A DNA stretch of 32,000 bases, from the NCBI GenBank assembly GCA_041674405.1, contig JBAYVT010000004.1:1-32000 (forward strand), in the 5' to 3' direction. Below, in pieces: positions 30,986 through 32,000 of this stretch. The position numbers and the translations under genes were made by a program. The stretch's first letter is position 1; every line of letters begins with the position of its first letter. The DNA is from Patescibacteria group bacterium (lineage in GTDB: Bacteria; Patescibacteriota; UBA1384; XYA2-FULL-43-10). Under the pieces are notes generated by a model. That model did not search any database. It saw only the letters and a list, made by a program, of their open reading frames with translations, and had not been told where the DNA came from.

Positions 30986-32000
30986 CTATCCATTTAAAAT
31001 TTTCTTAAGCTTCTTGTCGTCAAGAAAAGGCCCGACAACAGACACCAACATTTTATCAAAGTTGATGTATTTTTTCGCCACCCGTATTACGTCTTTGGCC
31101 GTTACTTCTTCAAATTTGGCAATGACTTCCTCGGGCGCCATGAGCTTTTCATGGATTATTTCCATCCGCATCAGCGATTCTGCCAAATTTTCCGAATCTT
31201 CCATTCCGATCGATATCGCACTTTTCATAAGTTCTTTAGCGCGCTTTATTTCCTCGTCTTTTGGGCCATCTTTGACAATTTTCCGGTATTCATTGATTAT
31301 CGCCCTGGATGCTTTCTCGATATTTTCATGCGCAACATTGGCAAGGGTAACCAGCGACCCAGCATCGGAGTATGCGATGTGCTCAGTCTCAGCTGCATAT
31401 GCCAGACCTAGTTTTTCTCTTACTTCAACAAACATTCTGGAGCTGGATGATCCGCCCAATATTTCCGCCAAGATTTTAAACGCATATCTATCTTCCAAAT
31501 CCCTGAGTCCAGGACCGGCAAAACCGATTATTAAATTCGTTTGCTCTGTTTTTCTTTGCCCGGAAACCTCTCTTGCAACATCAAGTGTACCCGATGTAAT
31601 AATTTCAGATTTTTTGCCACTTTTCGCTGTAAAATACTTTTCAGCCTCACAGACAACTTTTTCTTCTGTAAGATTGCCAAGGTTACCGCATATGACGACC
31701 ACAATATTCTCGGCAATGTAATGATCCTGCTCAAATTCCAATAGCTCTTCGTGTTTGATTTTTCGCACAGATTCAACGGTGCCTGCAATTCTTCGTCCAA
31801 GTGATTTTTCTGTAAAAATATTTTCTTCGAAAAGTTCAATCACTTCTTCCATTGGTCTATCTTTGTGCATCTTGATATCTTCGATCACAACGTTTTTTTC
31901 GCGGTTAAACTCTTCTTTGGAATTTATCGGATTGATCAAATTATCTGAGAGGTAATCAAGGACCTCAACCAAGTGATCGGAAGATATTTTGACATGATAA
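30986..32000 (-). CDS. M16-family (pitrilysin-like) peptidase, C-terminal portion (5' end outside the window)
   Basis: The frame stays open to nt 32000 (..YHVKISSDHLVEVLDYL..); the M at 31972 in the track is an internal TTG. FEENIFTEKSLGRRIAGTVESV, EELLEFEQDHYIAENIVVVICGN and SSRMFVEVREKLGLAYA are typical of the middle and C-terminal domains of M16 peptidases. Confidence 0.8.
   Translation of the reverse strand, partial: YHVKISSDHLVEVLDYLSDNLINPINSKEEFNREKNVVIEDIKMHKDRPMEEVIELFEENIFTEKSLGRRIAGTVESVRKIKHEELLEFEQDHYIAENIVVVICGNLGNLTEEKVVCEAEKYFTAKSGKKSEIITSGTLDVAREVSGQRKTEQTNLIIGFAGPGLRDLEDRYAFKILAEILGGSSSSRMFVEVREKLGLAYAAETEHIAYSDAGSLVTLANVAHENIEKASRAIINEYRKIVKDGPKDEEIKRAKELMKSAISIGMEDSENLAESLMRMEIIHEKLMAPEEVIAKFEEVTAKDVIRVAKKYINFDKMLVSVVGPFLDDKKLKKILNG

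Overview
The window is about 40% G+C and very gene-dense, with almost all genes on the minus strand. Its content looks like a small-genome, CPR/Patescibacteria-type bacterium; that placement is an inference from gene content and repeat types, not a database result. Housekeeping genes recognised by motif are a MacB-type ABC transporter (partial), gltX, yraN, rplS, rpmA, dnaE, ndk, a WecA/MraY-family transferase, a GT4 glycosyltransferase, a PIG-L/LmbE deacetylase, a TrmB-family regulator, a THUMP/UPF0020-type RNA methyltransferase and an M16 peptidase (partial). One 13.2-kb ORF (1330-14487, minus strand, 4385 aa) fills 41% of the window. It encodes an N-terminally anchored, highly repetitive surface protein. 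Three things stand out. (1) Two blocks of about 58-63% G+C flank rplS. One (20.85-21.41 kb) carries a hotdog-fold-like gene with its own promoter and terminator. The other (22.08-22.85 kb) has a RelE/ParE-like ORF with a strong Shine-Dalgarno (SD) site, embedded in hairpin-rich sequence that does not look coding. (2) Two small cassettes (a GxxExxY protein gene and a truncated four-helix-bundle gene) are each bracketed by inverted arrays of a cassette-specific short repeat. (3) A family of mini-palindromes shows compensatory stem changes, and one head-to-head pair is translated in-frame inside the methyltransferase. I found no rRNA, tRNA, CRISPR array, transposase or integrase. All calls come from hand translation and motif recognition; no searches were run.
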